A DNA stretch of 64,000 bases from an uncultured Gemmatimonadota bacterium (GTDB taxonomy: Bacteria > JAAXHH01). Each line of letters starts with the position of its first letter. Within the stretch, counting starts at the first letter, position 1. The translations under genes and the position numbers were made by a program. The DNA lies in the NCBI GenBank assembly GCA_951812955.1, contig OX638340.1, positions 736,001 to 800,000 on the forward strand, in the 5' to 3' direction. The notes under the pieces were generated by a model, which saw only the letters and a list, made by a program, of their open reading frames with translations, searched no databases and was not told where the DNA came from. Below are positions 46,924 through 56,716 of this stretch, one piece after another.

Positions 46924-47682
46924 ATGAATCCAGACATCAGTAAATTACTCGATGATTGGGATTACACGGGGCCCGATAAACTCATTGTGCGCAAAATAAA
47001 GGGAGAAGACGGCCGGACAAAGATCCAGATGCGAGTGGACCTTGGAATCCTGCAGATGGAATGGTCAGATCGCCCGGATGGCAAAAGGCCCCACGGGAAG
47101 ACCTCGTTGCTGGATCACTTCCTGGACCGGCTGGAGAAACAAAAAGCGGATAAGGGTCCGGACACAGAACTCAATATCTCCCATGACGACTGCGTGAACC
47201 TGCAGACCGAATCGCTGCAGTATTACTACAGGCGTATTTGCATGTTCGAACTGGAATCCTACCACGAGGCCTGCCGGGACGCCGAACACAACCTACAGAT
47301 CATGGACATCGTGCGGACCCACGCCGAAAACGAAGACGACCGCCTGTCTCTCGAGCAATACCGGCCCTTCGTCATCATGCATCGCACCCGGGCGAAAAGC
47401 CTGATCGCTACGGGTTCGGACGATGTCGAGCAGTCCCTGCGGCATATCGAAGAAGGCATAGAAGAGATAGAGGCTTTCTTTCGTTCCTACGACCGGGACG
47501 ACCTGGTCAAAGAAAGCCAGGAACTGAAAGTCCTGCGAGACATGGCCGAGGAAATCCGAAAACAACAGCCCCGTTCCGAGGAAGACCAGTTGAGGGCGGA
47601 ATTGTCGGACGCCGTCGAGAACGAGGAGTTTGAACGGGCCGCCGAAATACGGGATGAACTGAAGAAGTTCGACCTGCCCTAG
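46924..47682 (+). CDS. hypothetical protein with a C-terminal UvrB/UvrC (UVR) motif
   Basis: The C-terminus LRAELSDAVENEEFERAAEIRDELKK fits the UVR motif. The N-terminal 200 aa are unassigned. Confidence 0.5.
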   Translation: MNPDISKLLDDWDYTGPDKLIVRKIKGEDGRTKIQMRVDLGILQMEWSDRPDGKRPHGKTSLLDHFLDRLEKQKADKGPDTELNISHDDCVNLQTESLQYYYRRICMFELESYHEACRDAEHNLQIMDIVRTHAENEDDRLSLEQYRPFVIMHRTRAKSLIATGSDDVEQSLRHIEEGIEEIEAFFRSYDRDDLVKESQELKVLRDMAEEIRKQQPRSEEDQLRAELSDAVENEEFERAAEIRDELKKFDLP

Positions 47683-47695
47683 ACCGGAGCCCTAC

Positions 47696-48907
47696 TTGCT
47701 TTCATGGATCAGATCCGCCGACCGTCAACTCTTCCTATTCATGCTTGGCGCGGTCAGCATGGGACTCTCGATGGGGTTGGGGGAAATAAGCTTCAACAAT
47801 TTCCTCAGCGACACCTACCATATGGACGCGATGAGCCGCGGAGAACTCGAGTTTCCCCGCGAGTTGCCCGGCTTCCTCGTGGCTGCCTTCGCCGGGATCC
47901 TGTTCTTCTGGTCGGAACTGAAGATGGCGGCCCTCTCCATGGCGTTGATGGCCGTGGGATTCCTGGGGCTCGGAATCTACGGCAGTCTTTACGGGCTGAT
48001 GCTCACTTCAATGATCATCTGGAGCATCGGCATGCATCTGCAGATGCCCGTGACGCGCACGATCGCCCTGCGGCTTGCCCGCGAAGGAAGGGGCGCCACC
48101 ATGCTGGGGCGCCTGGGCGGAATCCAGACGGGCGCCGCCATCCTGGGCAGCGTACTGCTTTGGATGGGACTGGGGGGCACTTCACTAGGCTATCTGCCCG
48201 TTTTCGCCCTCGCCGCGCTGGTGGCCCTGGCTGGCGTCTACTGCTACCTGGCCATGCGCCCCATCGACGGTCACACGGGCAACCGCCCCTCCTTCATCAT
48301 CAGGAAACGGTACACCCTGTTTTACCTGCTGAACATCCTGTTCGGCGCGAGAAAGCAGATCTTCATCACCTTCGGTCCCTGGGTGCTGATCAGCATCTTC
48401 GACAAGCCGGTATCCACCATTGCCTCGCTGCACCTGATCGCATCCGTCATCGGCATGTTTTTCGCCCCACAGCTGGGCAAGCTGATCGACCGGTTCGGAG
48501 AACGTCTGGTACTGATGATCGACGCGGTGCTGCTCGTTGGTGTCTGCCTGGGATACGGTTTCGCCACGGAAATGGGACTGGGAGCGTGGGCGGTAGACCT
48601 TATCTATGCCAGCTTCGTGCTTGACCTGGTCCTGTTCAACGTGAGTATCGCGCGGACCACCTACGCCAGCAAAATCGTCGTAAAGAAGAGCGATCTCACT
48701 GCGACGCTTTCCCTCGGCGTCACCATCGACCACGCCGTTTCCATGTCCATTCCCACACTGGGCGGACTCGTCTGGGTCATCTACGGCTACCAGTACGTCT
48801 TTGTCGGAGCGGCCGTCGTTGCCGTCCTGACACTTGTGGCCACCAGTTTCATCTCCGTGACTCCCCCGGATACGAGCCGGGCCAGCCAGGCGGAGGCCGC
48901 CGGTTAA
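47696..48907 (+). CDS. MFS-type transporter (12 TM)
   Basis: Multiple hydrophobic helices, with a basic loop between TM2 and TM3. Confidence 0.55.
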   Translation: MLSWIRSADRQLFLFMLGAVSMGLSMGLGEISFNNFLSDTYHMDAMSRGELEFPRELPGFLVAAFAGILFFWSELKMAALSMALMAVGFLGLGIYGSLYGLMLTSMIIWSIGMHLQMPVTRTIALRLAREGRGATMLGRLGGIQTGAAILGSVLLWMGLGGTSLGYLPVFALAALVALAGVYCYLAMRPIDGHTGNRPSFIIRKRYTLFYLLNILFGARKQIFITFGPWVLISIFDKPVSTIASLHLIASVIGMFFAPQLGKLIDRFGERLVLMIDAVLLVGVCLGYGFATEMGLGAWAVDLIYASFVLDLVLFNVSIARTTYASKIVVKKSDLTATLSLGVTIDHAVSMSIPTLGGLVWVIYGYQYVFVGAAVVAVLTLVATSFISVTPPDTSRASQAEAAG

Positions 48908-49668
48908 CCACCCGCCATCCAGCCGCCGTCCACCACGATCAGCTGTCCCGTCAGGAAATCCGAGGCCGGCGAGGCCAGGAACACGGCCGTGCCGGCGATG
49001 TCCTCCGGTTCGCCCCAGCGTCCGATAGGCACGCGGTTCAGGATGTAGGTCCCCCGTTCGCTCTCTTCGACGGGGCGGGTCAACGGGGTCCTGATGTATC
49101 CGGGGCAGATGGAATTCACGTTGATGTTATACCGGGCCCAGTCGATCGCCAACTGGTAGGTCAGCGATCCGACGCCACCTTTTGCGGCGGTGTAGGCGGG
49201 AATGTGGGGGATACCCGTGATGGCGGCCAGCGAAGCGATTTGGATGATCTTGCCGTATTCCCGCTCGATCATGTGCCGGGCTACCCGCTGGGTCAGAAAA
49301 AACGTGCCTTTCAGGTTGGTGTCCACGACCTGGTCCCAGTCCTCCTCGCGGTAGTCCTCCGGCGGCGTGCGCACGTTCACCCCCGCGTTGTTGACCAGGA
49401 TGTCGATCTGCTTCCAGGTGTCCAGCACCGAGGCCACCAGGGCTTCCCGGTCTTCGCGTTTCGCAATGTCCGATTCCACGACCAGCGCTTCGCCGCCGAA
49501 CCCCCTGATGGTTTCCTCCGTCGCTTCGAGCCTGGACCGGGTCCGGCCCGCCAGAACGACCCGGGCGCCCGATTCGGCCATGGCCGTTGCGATCCCCTGG
49601 CCGATGCCGGTACCCGCGCCGGTAACGATGGCAATTCTGCCCTCGAGTGAAAACCTTTCGAAATTCAT
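48904..49668 (-). CDS. SDR-family oxidoreductase (gluconate-5-dehydrogenase-like)
   Basis: RIAIVTGAGTGIGQGIA, a catalytic YTAAKGG (YxxxK), and NNAG. The start is MNFERF at 49668. The track ORF's upstream extension is the translated tandem repeat. Confidence 0.8.
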   Translation of the reverse strand: MNFERFSLEGRIAIVTGAGTGIGQGIATAMAESGARVVLAGRTRSRLEATEETIRGFGGEALVVESDIAKREDREALVASVLDTWKQIDILVNNAGVNVRTPPEDYREEDWDQVVDTNLKGTFFLTQRVARHMIEREYGKIIQIASLAAITGIPHIPAYTAAKGGVGSLTYQLAIDWARYNINVNSICPGYIRTPLTRPVEESERGTYILNRVPIGRWGEPEDIAGTAVFLASPASDFLTGQLIVVDGGWMAGG

Positions 49669-49750
49669 TTGCGCTCCTGTGGTCTGACGTTTAGCGTTGA
49701 CGATGTCTACCCGGAACCGGTATCTGTTTCGTGACAACCAGCCCGATGGA

Positions 49751-49824
49751 GTGCCGGGCCGAAGGTGCGCCGGGCCGAAGGTGCGCCGGGCCGAAGGTGC
49801 GCCGGGCCGAAGGTGCGCCGGGCC
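49751..49824. repeat. 16-bp tandem repeat GTGCGCCGGGCCGAAG, about 4.5 copies, in a divergent intergenic region
   Basis: Seen directly. It lies 85-155 bp upstream of the SDR gene start and upstream of the gene at 49875. Confidence 0.9.
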
Positions 49825-49874
49825 TGCGTAATACCGGACCACCGGGCGTGTAAATATAAAGCGCGGCACATTTC

Positions 49875-50468
49875 GTGGCAATGGGACATCAAACGGCACA
49901 AAGAGGCGATTCCGCCATGGGTACTCCCGGACACCCCGAACCTGCAAAGCTGTTATGCGCGGTCATGGGACAGTGTGAATCGATGCTGGCCCAGGGACGT
50001 GGTCTCCTGGCCGAACGGTACGGCCCGGTGGAACTGGAGGGTCCGGTATTCGACTTTTCCTTCTCTTCCTACTATGAACGGGAGATGGGGGCCGGTCTGT
50101 CGAAACAGTTCCTCGGATTCGAGCCGTTGGTGGAGCCCGGGAACCTGGCTGAAATAAAGCGAACCTGCAACGATCTCGAAACCGGCGTACCCCGGTCCGA
50201 CGGCAAGCCCGGACGGGGGTTGAATATAGACCCTGGATACATCAACGGCGCCCAACTCGTCCTTGCGACTACCAAGAACTACAGTCATCGCATCTATATT
50301 GGGAAAGGGATACATGCCGAGGTGACCCTGCTGTATCACCGGGGCGCTTTTGCCCCGTTGCCCTGGACCTACCGTGACTACCGGACAGAGGAAGCGCTCG
50401 CCTTTTTTACGCGGGTGCGGGAGGTCTTTCTCGGCCAGCGTAATAGATCGCAAAACCGCGCCGAGTGA
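49875..50468 (+). CDS. hypothetical protein (possibly DUF4416-like)
   Basis: GC3-biased ORF with no catalytic motif recognised. The family guess is from memory only. Confidence 0.35.
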   Translation: MAMGHQTAQRGDSAMGTPGHPEPAKLLCAVMGQCESMLAQGRGLLAERYGPVELEGPVFDFSFSSYYEREMGAGLSKQFLGFEPLVEPGNLAEIKRTCNDLETGVPRSDGKPGRGLNIDPGYINGAQLVLATTKNYSHRIYIGKGIHAEVTLLYHRGAFAPLPWTYRDYRTEEALAFFTRVREVFLGQRNRSQNRAE

Positions 50469-50495
50469 AAATCACATCTGTCTGTACGTTTTGTC

Positions 50496-50525
50496 TTGAC
50501 CTGTTTTGAGAGACCTGCTTATAAT
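50496..50525 (+). promoter_or_regulatory. sigma70-like promoter TTGACC-N18-TATAAT
   Basis: Seen directly. It lies ~150 bp upstream of the BFN nuclease gene. The ~140-nt leader contains nested inverted repeats GATGACG...CGTCATC and CTGAC...GTCAG. Confidence 0.4.
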
Positions 50526-50673
50526 ACCGGTAATCCGAACATCCACTGCGATGACGATCTTTTTTGCAGGCGGACTGACCCCTTTCAGTCAGCGTTTTCC
50601 CGTCATCTCGCCAAGTGGTCACCTGCAATAGAAAACCCAGGCTGATCCCGGTCAGGTAGAAAGATTATATACA

Positions 50674-51336
50674 ATGATTCGACTCAAAGTATATGATGTC
50701 GGGCCTCCCTATCCCCTGCACGCCACCCCGGTACTCTGGCTGGCCGACGAGCAGGAAGAGCAGGTTCTGATCCTCCTGATCGGCATCGCGGAAGCCTTTG
50801 CCATCAAGAGCCAGATCGACGCTGGCGAAGAAGAGCCTCCACGGCCCATGACCCATGACCTGCTCAAGTCCGTTTTCGAGCATTTCGATGCCGAGATCGA
50901 GTTCGTGCTCATTTCCGAACTGCGCGAGCAGCAGTTCTACATTGCGGAAATACACGTCAAGGCCAACGGACATTCCATGACCATCGACTCCAGGCCAACG
51001 GACGCCATCGCCCTGGCCCTTCGCGCCGACGCGCCGATCTACGTGGAGGAAGAAGTCATGCGCGTAGCGGGCAAGCGGATGCCCAAGAGCAAGGACGAAA
51101 ACGGCGAGGACGATATCGCGGCATCCATCGAGGAACTGGAAGCGGATGATGCGGGCAAGGTTCCCGCGGCGCAGGTGGTCGCCGAAGAGTTGATGGAAGC
51201 GGTGGAGTTCAAGAGTCAGCCACGCACCCCGCTCGAGACGGCGCGCAGAAAACTTCAGGCAGCCATAGATGAGGAACGGTACGAGGACGCCGCCCGGTTG
51301 CGCGACGAGATCAGCCGCCTGGAACAGAGCGCCTAA
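50674..51336 (+). CDS. bifunctional-nuclease (BFN/DUF151) domain protein with a C-terminal UVR motif
   Basis: N-terminal MIRLKVYDVG...PVLWLADEQEEQVLILLIGIAEAFAI is BFN-like. The C-terminal LQAAIDEERYEDAARLRDEISRLE is a UVR motif. Confidence 0.7.
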   Translation: MIRLKVYDVGPPYPLHATPVLWLADEQEEQVLILLIGIAEAFAIKSQIDAGEEEPPRPMTHDLLKSVFEHFDAEIEFVLISELREQQFYIAEIHVKANGHSMTIDSRPTDAIALALRADAPIYVEEEVMRVAGKRMPKSKDENGEDDIAASIEELEADDAGKVPAAQVVAEELMEAVEFKSQPRTPLETARRKLQAAIDEERYEDAARLRDEISRLEQSA

Positions 51337-51345
51337 AGGGGTAGC

Positions 51346-52164
51346 GTGCGAGAAGCCATCACGATGTGGAAGTATACCAGGATGGTCGTCCTGGTAGCCC
51401 TGACGGCAGCCATGTTTGCCGCCGTCCTCATTCCCTTCAAGCTCCTTCCCATCATTCCCGGCATTACCGAGCTCCGGCCGGCCAATGTGTTCCCGATCAT
51501 CTGCTCCCTCATGTTCGGTCCCGCCGGCGCGTGGGGCGCGGCCTTTGGCAACCTGATCGGCGATCTGATGGGTGGCACCTACGGACTGGGCAGTTACTTC
51601 GGCATGCTCGGTAACTTCCTGCTCGGATATATTCCCTACCGGCTCTGGCGCATCCTGACCAGTAAAGAGCCCGGAACGTGGTCTCCCACCATGCTGGTCC
51701 GGTACCTTTACGTTACGCTGCTTGCAAGCATCGCCTGCGGCGTCACGGTAGGATGGGGGCTGGACACCCTCGGGCTCGTGCCCTTCCACGTGCTGGCTCC
51801 CCTCATTTCAATCAACAATTTCATCACCGCGGGCATTCTCGGTCCGCTGCTGCTGCCGGTGCTCTATAGCCGTGTGAAACAGTGGGGACTGCTCTATCAC
51901 GACGTCATGGACCCGGCCGACCTCTCCAAAGGCCGGCTGCCGCACGTCGCCCACGTGATCATGGTTGTGGCCCTCTTCGGCAGCCTGTACGTCGGCGTAT
52001 CCATCTCGCTGGGCTTGAACGACGAGGCGGTCCGGTCCATTCCACTGGTTTTCGGTCTGGAGATAACCGCACCTGAAAGCCTGCTTATGCCGGCAGGAAC
52101 CAGTGTTGGAATGGGACTTTTACCCGTGATGGTCCTGCTTGTGATCGCTTGCATTCTTATTTGA
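51346..52164 (+). CDS. QueT/ECF-S-component-like membrane protein
   Basis: Six-TM small transporter pattern, LRPANVFPIICSLMFGPAGAWGAAFGNLIGDL. Family uncertain. Confidence 0.4.
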   Translation: MREAITMWKYTRMVVLVALTAAMFAAVLIPFKLLPIIPGITELRPANVFPIICSLMFGPAGAWGAAFGNLIGDLMGGTYGLGSYFGMLGNFLLGYIPYRLWRILTSKEPGTWSPTMLVRYLYVTLLASIACGVTVGWGLDTLGLVPFHVLAPLISINNFITAGILGPLLLPVLYSRVKQWGLLYHDVMDPADLSKGRLPHVAHVIMVVALFGSLYVGVSISLGLNDEAVRSIPLVFGLEITAPESLLMPAGTSVGMGLLPVMVLLVIACILI

Positions 52165-52241
52165 AGAATACCTGACGCGCCGCGGTGGAAACCCGCCGCT
52201 GCGAACGGATTGAACGTACCGCGACTGGAGGATTTCGCGTC

Positions 52242-53561
52242 ATGAAAGTCGTCGATGTGGAACGAATCGTGGTGGATGTGCCTTTCACCGAGAGGCAGGC
52301 CCGGATCACCGAGCGGGAAGTGTACAACTGGTCGATCCTGGAGCTGTGCCGGGTGACCACGGATACCGGCCTGACCGGGTGGGGGGAAACGGTTATACAC
52401 TACACCTGGGCGCGGGTCACCGACGAAGCCGTCAATCGGGTCATCGGAAAGAGCCCGGCCGACGTGATGAACGACGATACGCTCGGTGCGGGACTGCAGA
52501 TGGCCCTGTTCGATGTGGCCGGGAAAGCGCTGGGGGTCCCATGCTACAAGCTACTTGGTAACAAGGTTCGCGACTGGTCGCCCATCTCCTGGTGGTCCAT
52601 CGACGCGTCGCCGGGAGACTGGCTGGCCGAGGCCCAGGACGCGGTGACCCTGGGTTACACCAGCTTCAAGATCAAACAGCGGCCCTGGTGGGACATCTTC
52701 GCCCAGGTGGACGCCATTGCTACGGGCATTCCCAGTTCCTTCAAGCTGGATCTCGACGCCAATGCCACGATGCAGAACGCGGCCGCGGCCATGCCCATCA
52801 TGCAGAAGCTGGCACAGCACGAAAACGTGGCCATGTTCGAATCCCCCATCCCGCAGACAGACATACTGGGCAACCGGCAGCTCAAACAGGTCATCCCCCG
52901 TCCCATCGCCATGCACTTCGGCTCGCCTTCCTACATGACGGCTATACGCGAGGAAGTCTGTGACGGCTTTGTGATTTGCGCCGGCAAGTCCGAGGTGATT
53001 CGACAGGGACATCTGAGCGCCGAGGCCAACATGCCTTTCTGGCTCCAGCTTGTGGGCAACGGGCTCACCACGACCTGGGCCGCCCACCTGGGCGCCGTGC
53101 TGACCCATGCTACCTGGCCCGCCATAACTTGTATAAACCTCTACAGTCATCACCTGCTGACGAAACCTGTCGAGGTCGTGGGCGGTTTTCACCGGGTGCC
53201 CGAGGAACCGGGCCTGGGTGTGACCGTTGACGAGGAAGCGGTGGAAAGGTGGCGGGTGCCCGACGAGACCGTCCGGGAACTGAATGAGCAGGGCGAACTG
53301 TATGATAAGCCCAAACCGCGCATCATCTGCTCCGTGGTCTACCCAGACGACACCCGGATTCACATCGCGCCCATGAACAGGGCCTACGGCTATTTCATCC
53401 AGGGCAACGGACCCGCCCATGCCGACGGAGTCGAACTGGAAACAGTCCATGACAATGGTTCGAAGGAATGGTCCGATCTCTACGAAAGGGCACTCGAACA
53501 CCCCGTGCGAAGCAGGGAATTAGAAGCCGACGGCCGTGCCATGGGTACGGACCGCGGCTGA
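52242..53561 (+). CDS. enolase-superfamily enzyme (MR/MLE-like) with a ~90-aa C-terminal extension
   Basis: FKIKQ (KxK), metal ligands LDLDAN / FESP, and a TIM-barrel capping domain. GGAGGA RBS lies before the ATG at 52242. Confidence 0.75.
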   Translation: MKVVDVERIVVDVPFTERQARITEREVYNWSILELCRVTTDTGLTGWGETVIHYTWARVTDEAVNRVIGKSPADVMNDDTLGAGLQMALFDVAGKALGVPCYKLLGNKVRDWSPISWWSIDASPGDWLAEAQDAVTLGYTSFKIKQRPWWDIFAQVDAIATGIPSSFKLDLDANATMQNAAAAMPIMQKLAQHENVAMFESPIPQTDILGNRQLKQVIPRPIAMHFGSPSYMTAIREEVCDGFVICAGKSEVIRQGHLSAEANMPFWLQLVGNGLTTTWAAHLGAVLTHATWPAITCINLYSHHLLTKPVEVVGGFHRVPEEPGLGVTVDEEAVERWRVPDETVRELNEQGELYDKPKPRIICSVVYPDDTRIHIAPMNRAYGYFIQGNGPAHADGVELETVHDNGSKEWSDLYERALEHPVRSRELEADGRAMGTDRG

Positions 53562-53627
53562 CCATTCGTGCAGCCGGCGCATGGCCGGATATTCAATAGC
53601 AGTGGACGTTACAGGAGAGGGTTATTC

Positions 53628-54599
53628 ATGATTAAGATCGCAGAAATCCTCAGTACCGGCCGAAATACGCTCTGGGACCAGGTCAAGCAGATCGGCGTTG
53701 ACCACGTGGTGACCAGCATGCCGCCCGCGGTGGGCAACGAAATGGGCTGGGAGTATATGCCCATGCTTCGGATGAAGAACAACTTCAACGACGCCGGTTT
53801 CGATGTGGCTGTCATTGAAAGCACGCCCCCGATGCTCCGCATCAAGCTGGGTCTGGAAGGCCGGGAGGAGGAACTGGACGACGTCTGTACCTTCATTGAG
53901 AGCATGGGCCGGGTCGGCATCAAGACCTGGTGCTACAACTGGATGGCGGTCCTGAACTGGACGCGGACCTCTTCGACGGTCCCGTCCCGGGGCGGTGCCT
54001 TCGTCACCGGCTACGACCACGCCATGATGAAGAACGCGCCGCTGACCGATGCGGGTGAAGTATCCGAGAACCAGCTTTGGGAGACGCTGCACGAGTTCCT
54101 GGAAAGGGTAACGCCCGTCGCCGAACAGTACGGCGTGGAAATGGCCATGCACCCCGACGATCCGCCCCTCTCGCCGCTTCGGGGCATCGGACGTATCATG
54201 CGGACTCTGGACAACTACCAGAGACTCCTGGACCTGGTACCCAGTCCCATGAACGGGATCACGTTCTGCCAGGGAAACTTCGCACTCATGACCGACGATC
54301 AGCCCGCAGCCATCCGCCATTTCGGCGCGCAGCGCAAGATCTTCTTCGTCCATTTCAGGGATGTGCGCGGGGACGTTGAAAGTTACGTGGAGACCTTCCA
54401 CGACGACGGCCCGACCGATATGATGGCCTGCCTGCGCGCGTACCGGGATATCGGGTTCGAGGGCGTGCTGCGACCGGACCACGTGCCGACCCTGGCCGGC
54501 GAAGACAACGACCATCCGGGCTATTCCGCGCTGTGCAGGCTCTACGCCGTCGGATATATCAGGGGGTTGAGGGAAGCGGTCTACAGGGAGGACGGGTAG
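53628..54599 (+). CDS. uxuA: mannonate dehydratase
   Basis: MIKIAEILSTGRNTLWDQVKQIGVDHVVTSM...WCYNWMAVLNWTRT aligns with the E. coli UxuA N-terminus ([27 protein letters not shown]...VCYNFMPVLDWTRT). Confidence 0.85.
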   Translation: MIKIAEILSTGRNTLWDQVKQIGVDHVVTSMPPAVGNEMGWEYMPMLRMKNNFNDAGFDVAVIESTPPMLRIKLGLEGREEELDDVCTFIESMGRVGIKTWCYNWMAVLNWTRTSSTVPSRGGAFVTGYDHAMMKNAPLTDAGEVSENQLWETLHEFLERVTPVAEQYGVEMAMHPDDPPLSPLRGIGRIMRTLDNYQRLLDLVPSPMNGITFCQGNFALMTDDQPAAIRHFGAQRKIFFVHFRDVRGDVESYVETFHDDGPTDMMACLRAYRDIGFEGVLRPDHVPTLAGEDNDHPGYSALCRLYAVGYIRGLREAVYREDG

Positions 54600-54606
54600 C
54601 GGTCGG

Positions 54607-55074
54607 TCAACCGTTCGGGTCCGGATGGATCGAGTCGACCCAGTACACGTTCTCCGGCTGCTCCACGGGTTCGATGTCCAGATTGACCACGACTGGATCC
54701 ATGCCGCTTCTGCACAGCACGCATTCCAGGGGCTCGTCGGAACGGGCGTTAATCTCCTGGTGGGGTACGTAGGGCGGCACGTAGATGAAATCGCCCGGCC
54801 CCGCTTCCGCCACGAATTCCAGCCGCTCGCCCCAGCGCATCCTCGCCTTGCCTTTCAATACATAGATCACGCTTTCCAGCTCGCCGTGGTGATGGGCACC
54901 GGTTTTCGCGTTTGGGTGGATGGTAACGGTACCCGCCCAGATCTTGCTCGCCCCGGTCCGGGCGTGGGTAATCGCCGCGGCACGCGACATGCCCAGGGTC
55001 TGTGGGGTGTTTGTGTCGAGCCGGTTGCCGGGGATGACCTTCACCCCGTCTTCGCGCCACTTCCCGTCGACATC
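54607..55074 (-). CDS. cupin-domain protein
   Basis: Cupin motifs HHHGELESVIYVLKG and GDFIYVPPYVPHQ. Confidence 0.6.
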   Translation of the reverse strand, partial: DVDGKWREDGVKVIPGNRLDTNTPQTLGMSRAAAITHARTGASKIWAGTVTIHPNAKTGAHHHGELESVIYVLKGKARMRWGERLEFVAEAGPGDFIYVPPYVPHQEINARSDEPLECVLCRSGMDPVVVNLDIEPVEQPENVYWVDSIHPDPNG

Positions 55075-55214
55075 CATGGTATTACCTGTAACCCCTTCGG
55101 TTCCTGCACTCAAACACGCGCAGACTGCTTACACGCGGAATAGGTTCACACGCCGAAACACGCGGAGAAAGCTCACACGCAAAGTCTGCTCAGTTATTCG
55201 CACGCGCAGACGAC

Positions 55215-56162
55215 TCAGTTGTCCAGACCGAGTTCCCTGCGCAGTCCCACGTCCACCACGCTGTTCTTCGTCCAGTAGTCCAGCATGAGGCGCTTATTGC
55301 GGACGGCCGTGGTGACGAGTTCCTTCGTCGTTCCATCGGAAGCGAATTCGACCTCCTCCCAGGATTCGATCTCGTGGGGGAAGTCCCGTCTGAAACGTAT
55401 GGTAAGCGTGCGGTTGAGTTCCGGATAGTAAACCAGGTTGTAGACCATCACTTCGGGCTCATAGGTTTCCGGCATCAGTATGGCGGTGGCGTTCACGGTA
55501 CGCCAGGCCGTATGATCGAACCGCTGGTACAGCGTACCCGGAATCATGGTCACCTCACCGGTCGGCAGATCGTCGGGATTCAGCCGTATGGTCGTCCAGA
55601 TTTCATCCTCGGTAACGACGCCGTCGAGCCGCTCTACTTTATCGCCTTCGCTCTCGAAATATGAGTACTGCTGAACGTGGTATTGGTCGTCCTGCAGGTT
55701 CAACTGGACGAAAGCGTGACCGCACCATTCCTGTACGGACGTCGTGATCTTCAGCGTTCGGGGATGGCGGTCCCGGTCCACCGGGCTGAAGGCCGATGTC
55801 ATGACCGTGTACGGATACACGCCCGTATTGAAGTTTCGAAGTGCGTTCAACTTCAGGACCTTCACGGCATCGTCGCCCGCTTCGTCGGGCCGGTCCAGCT
55901 TGACCTGCTTCTTCTCCGAGAAATCCTCCGTCACGAAAATGAGCACGGCGTCACCGTCGTGGAGTTCGCCATAACGGGCCTGCTTCAGGTCATAGCTCGT
56001 AATCTCCGCCTTGCCCTGGTACCAGTAGTCGCCGAAGGTGACGGGTCCATTCCGGGTAGCATCCGCACCATCTCCAACCAACCCGCACCCACCGGTCAGT
56101 CCGGCCAGTACGGCCAGCGCGGCCATCGAACCGACCATCAGTCTCAAAACGATGCGTTTCAT
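55215..56162 (-). CDS. hypothetical lipoprotein
   Basis: Signal peptide with lipobox LTGGC. No recognised domain. A 4-bp overlap with the upstream gene. Confidence 0.5.
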   Translation of the reverse strand: MKRIVLRLMVGSMAALAVLAGLTGGCGLVGDGADATRNGPVTFGDYWYQGKAEITSYDLKQARYGELHDGDAVLIFVTEDFSEKKQVKLDRPDEAGDDAVKVLKLNALRNFNTGVYPYTVMTSAFSPVDRDRHPRTLKITTSVQEWCGHAFVQLNLQDDQYHVQQYSYFESEGDKVERLDGVVTEDEIWTTIRLNPDDLPTGEVTMIPGTLYQRFDHTAWRTVNATAILMPETYEPEVMVYNLVYYPELNRTLTIRFRRDFPHEIESWEEVEFASDGTTKELVTTAVRNKRLMLDYWTKNSVVDVGLRRELGLDN

Positions 56163-56716
56163 GGATTCACCTCGCTTTCACCGGGAACCTCGGGAGCGTA
56201 AACGAAAGGCCGCGAGCCCAGGATTCTTATCCCATAGATTACCAGAGAGACCACACCCCATGAGAGCCCTACCACCACACCCGCGTCGACGATTCCTCGC
56301 CAGGGTTGGGGCAGGTATCCGATCAGGATGATCAGCATCAAGATGCCGAAGGTCAACATCATGGTAATGCGCTGACGAACGGGATTAATATGTATGTAGC
56401 CTGCAAGAAACACCGGCGCCAGCACGATCAGCCAGGGACGGGGGTGATGGTAGAGGAACCAGGCCCTTGAAAGCACCCGGGGAGAAAAGTTCTTTTGAAA
56501 TCCGTGGTACCCTTCGGAGTGGGCCATGAAGACGACCACAAGACCCAGTACCAGCCAGTGGTACCAGAAGAAAGGGAAGTTGTCCAGCGCATCGACGGTG
56601 ACTGCGGAAAGCCTGAATATGGCGAACAGCAAAACGGCGCCGATGAAGGAGAGGCCCCATACGAGCCCGATGATGGCAAGCAGTTTACTTTCTGTCTTCG
56701 GCGCACGCTCCGTCAT
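56159..56716 (-). CDS. hypothetical 5-6 TM membrane protein
   Basis: Hydrophobic helices throughout. A 4-bp overlap with smpB upstream and the lipoprotein downstream. Confidence 0.5.
   Translation of the reverse strand: MTERAPKTESKLLAIIGLVWGLSFIGAVLLFAIFRLSAVTVDALDNFPFFWYHWLVLGLVVVFMAHSEGYHGFQKNFSPRVLSRAWFLYHHPRPWLIVLAPVFLAGYIHINPVRQRITMMLTFGILMLIILIGYLPQPWRGIVDAGVVVGLSWGVVSLVIYGIRILGSRPFVYAPEVPGESEVNP

Noticed and set aside
49672-49947. N-terminal extension of the SDR gene (track ORF 48904..49947)
   Set aside because: The extension is the translated 16-bp tandem repeat (AHLRPG...SARRTFGP repeated). SDR homology begins at MNFERF (49668).
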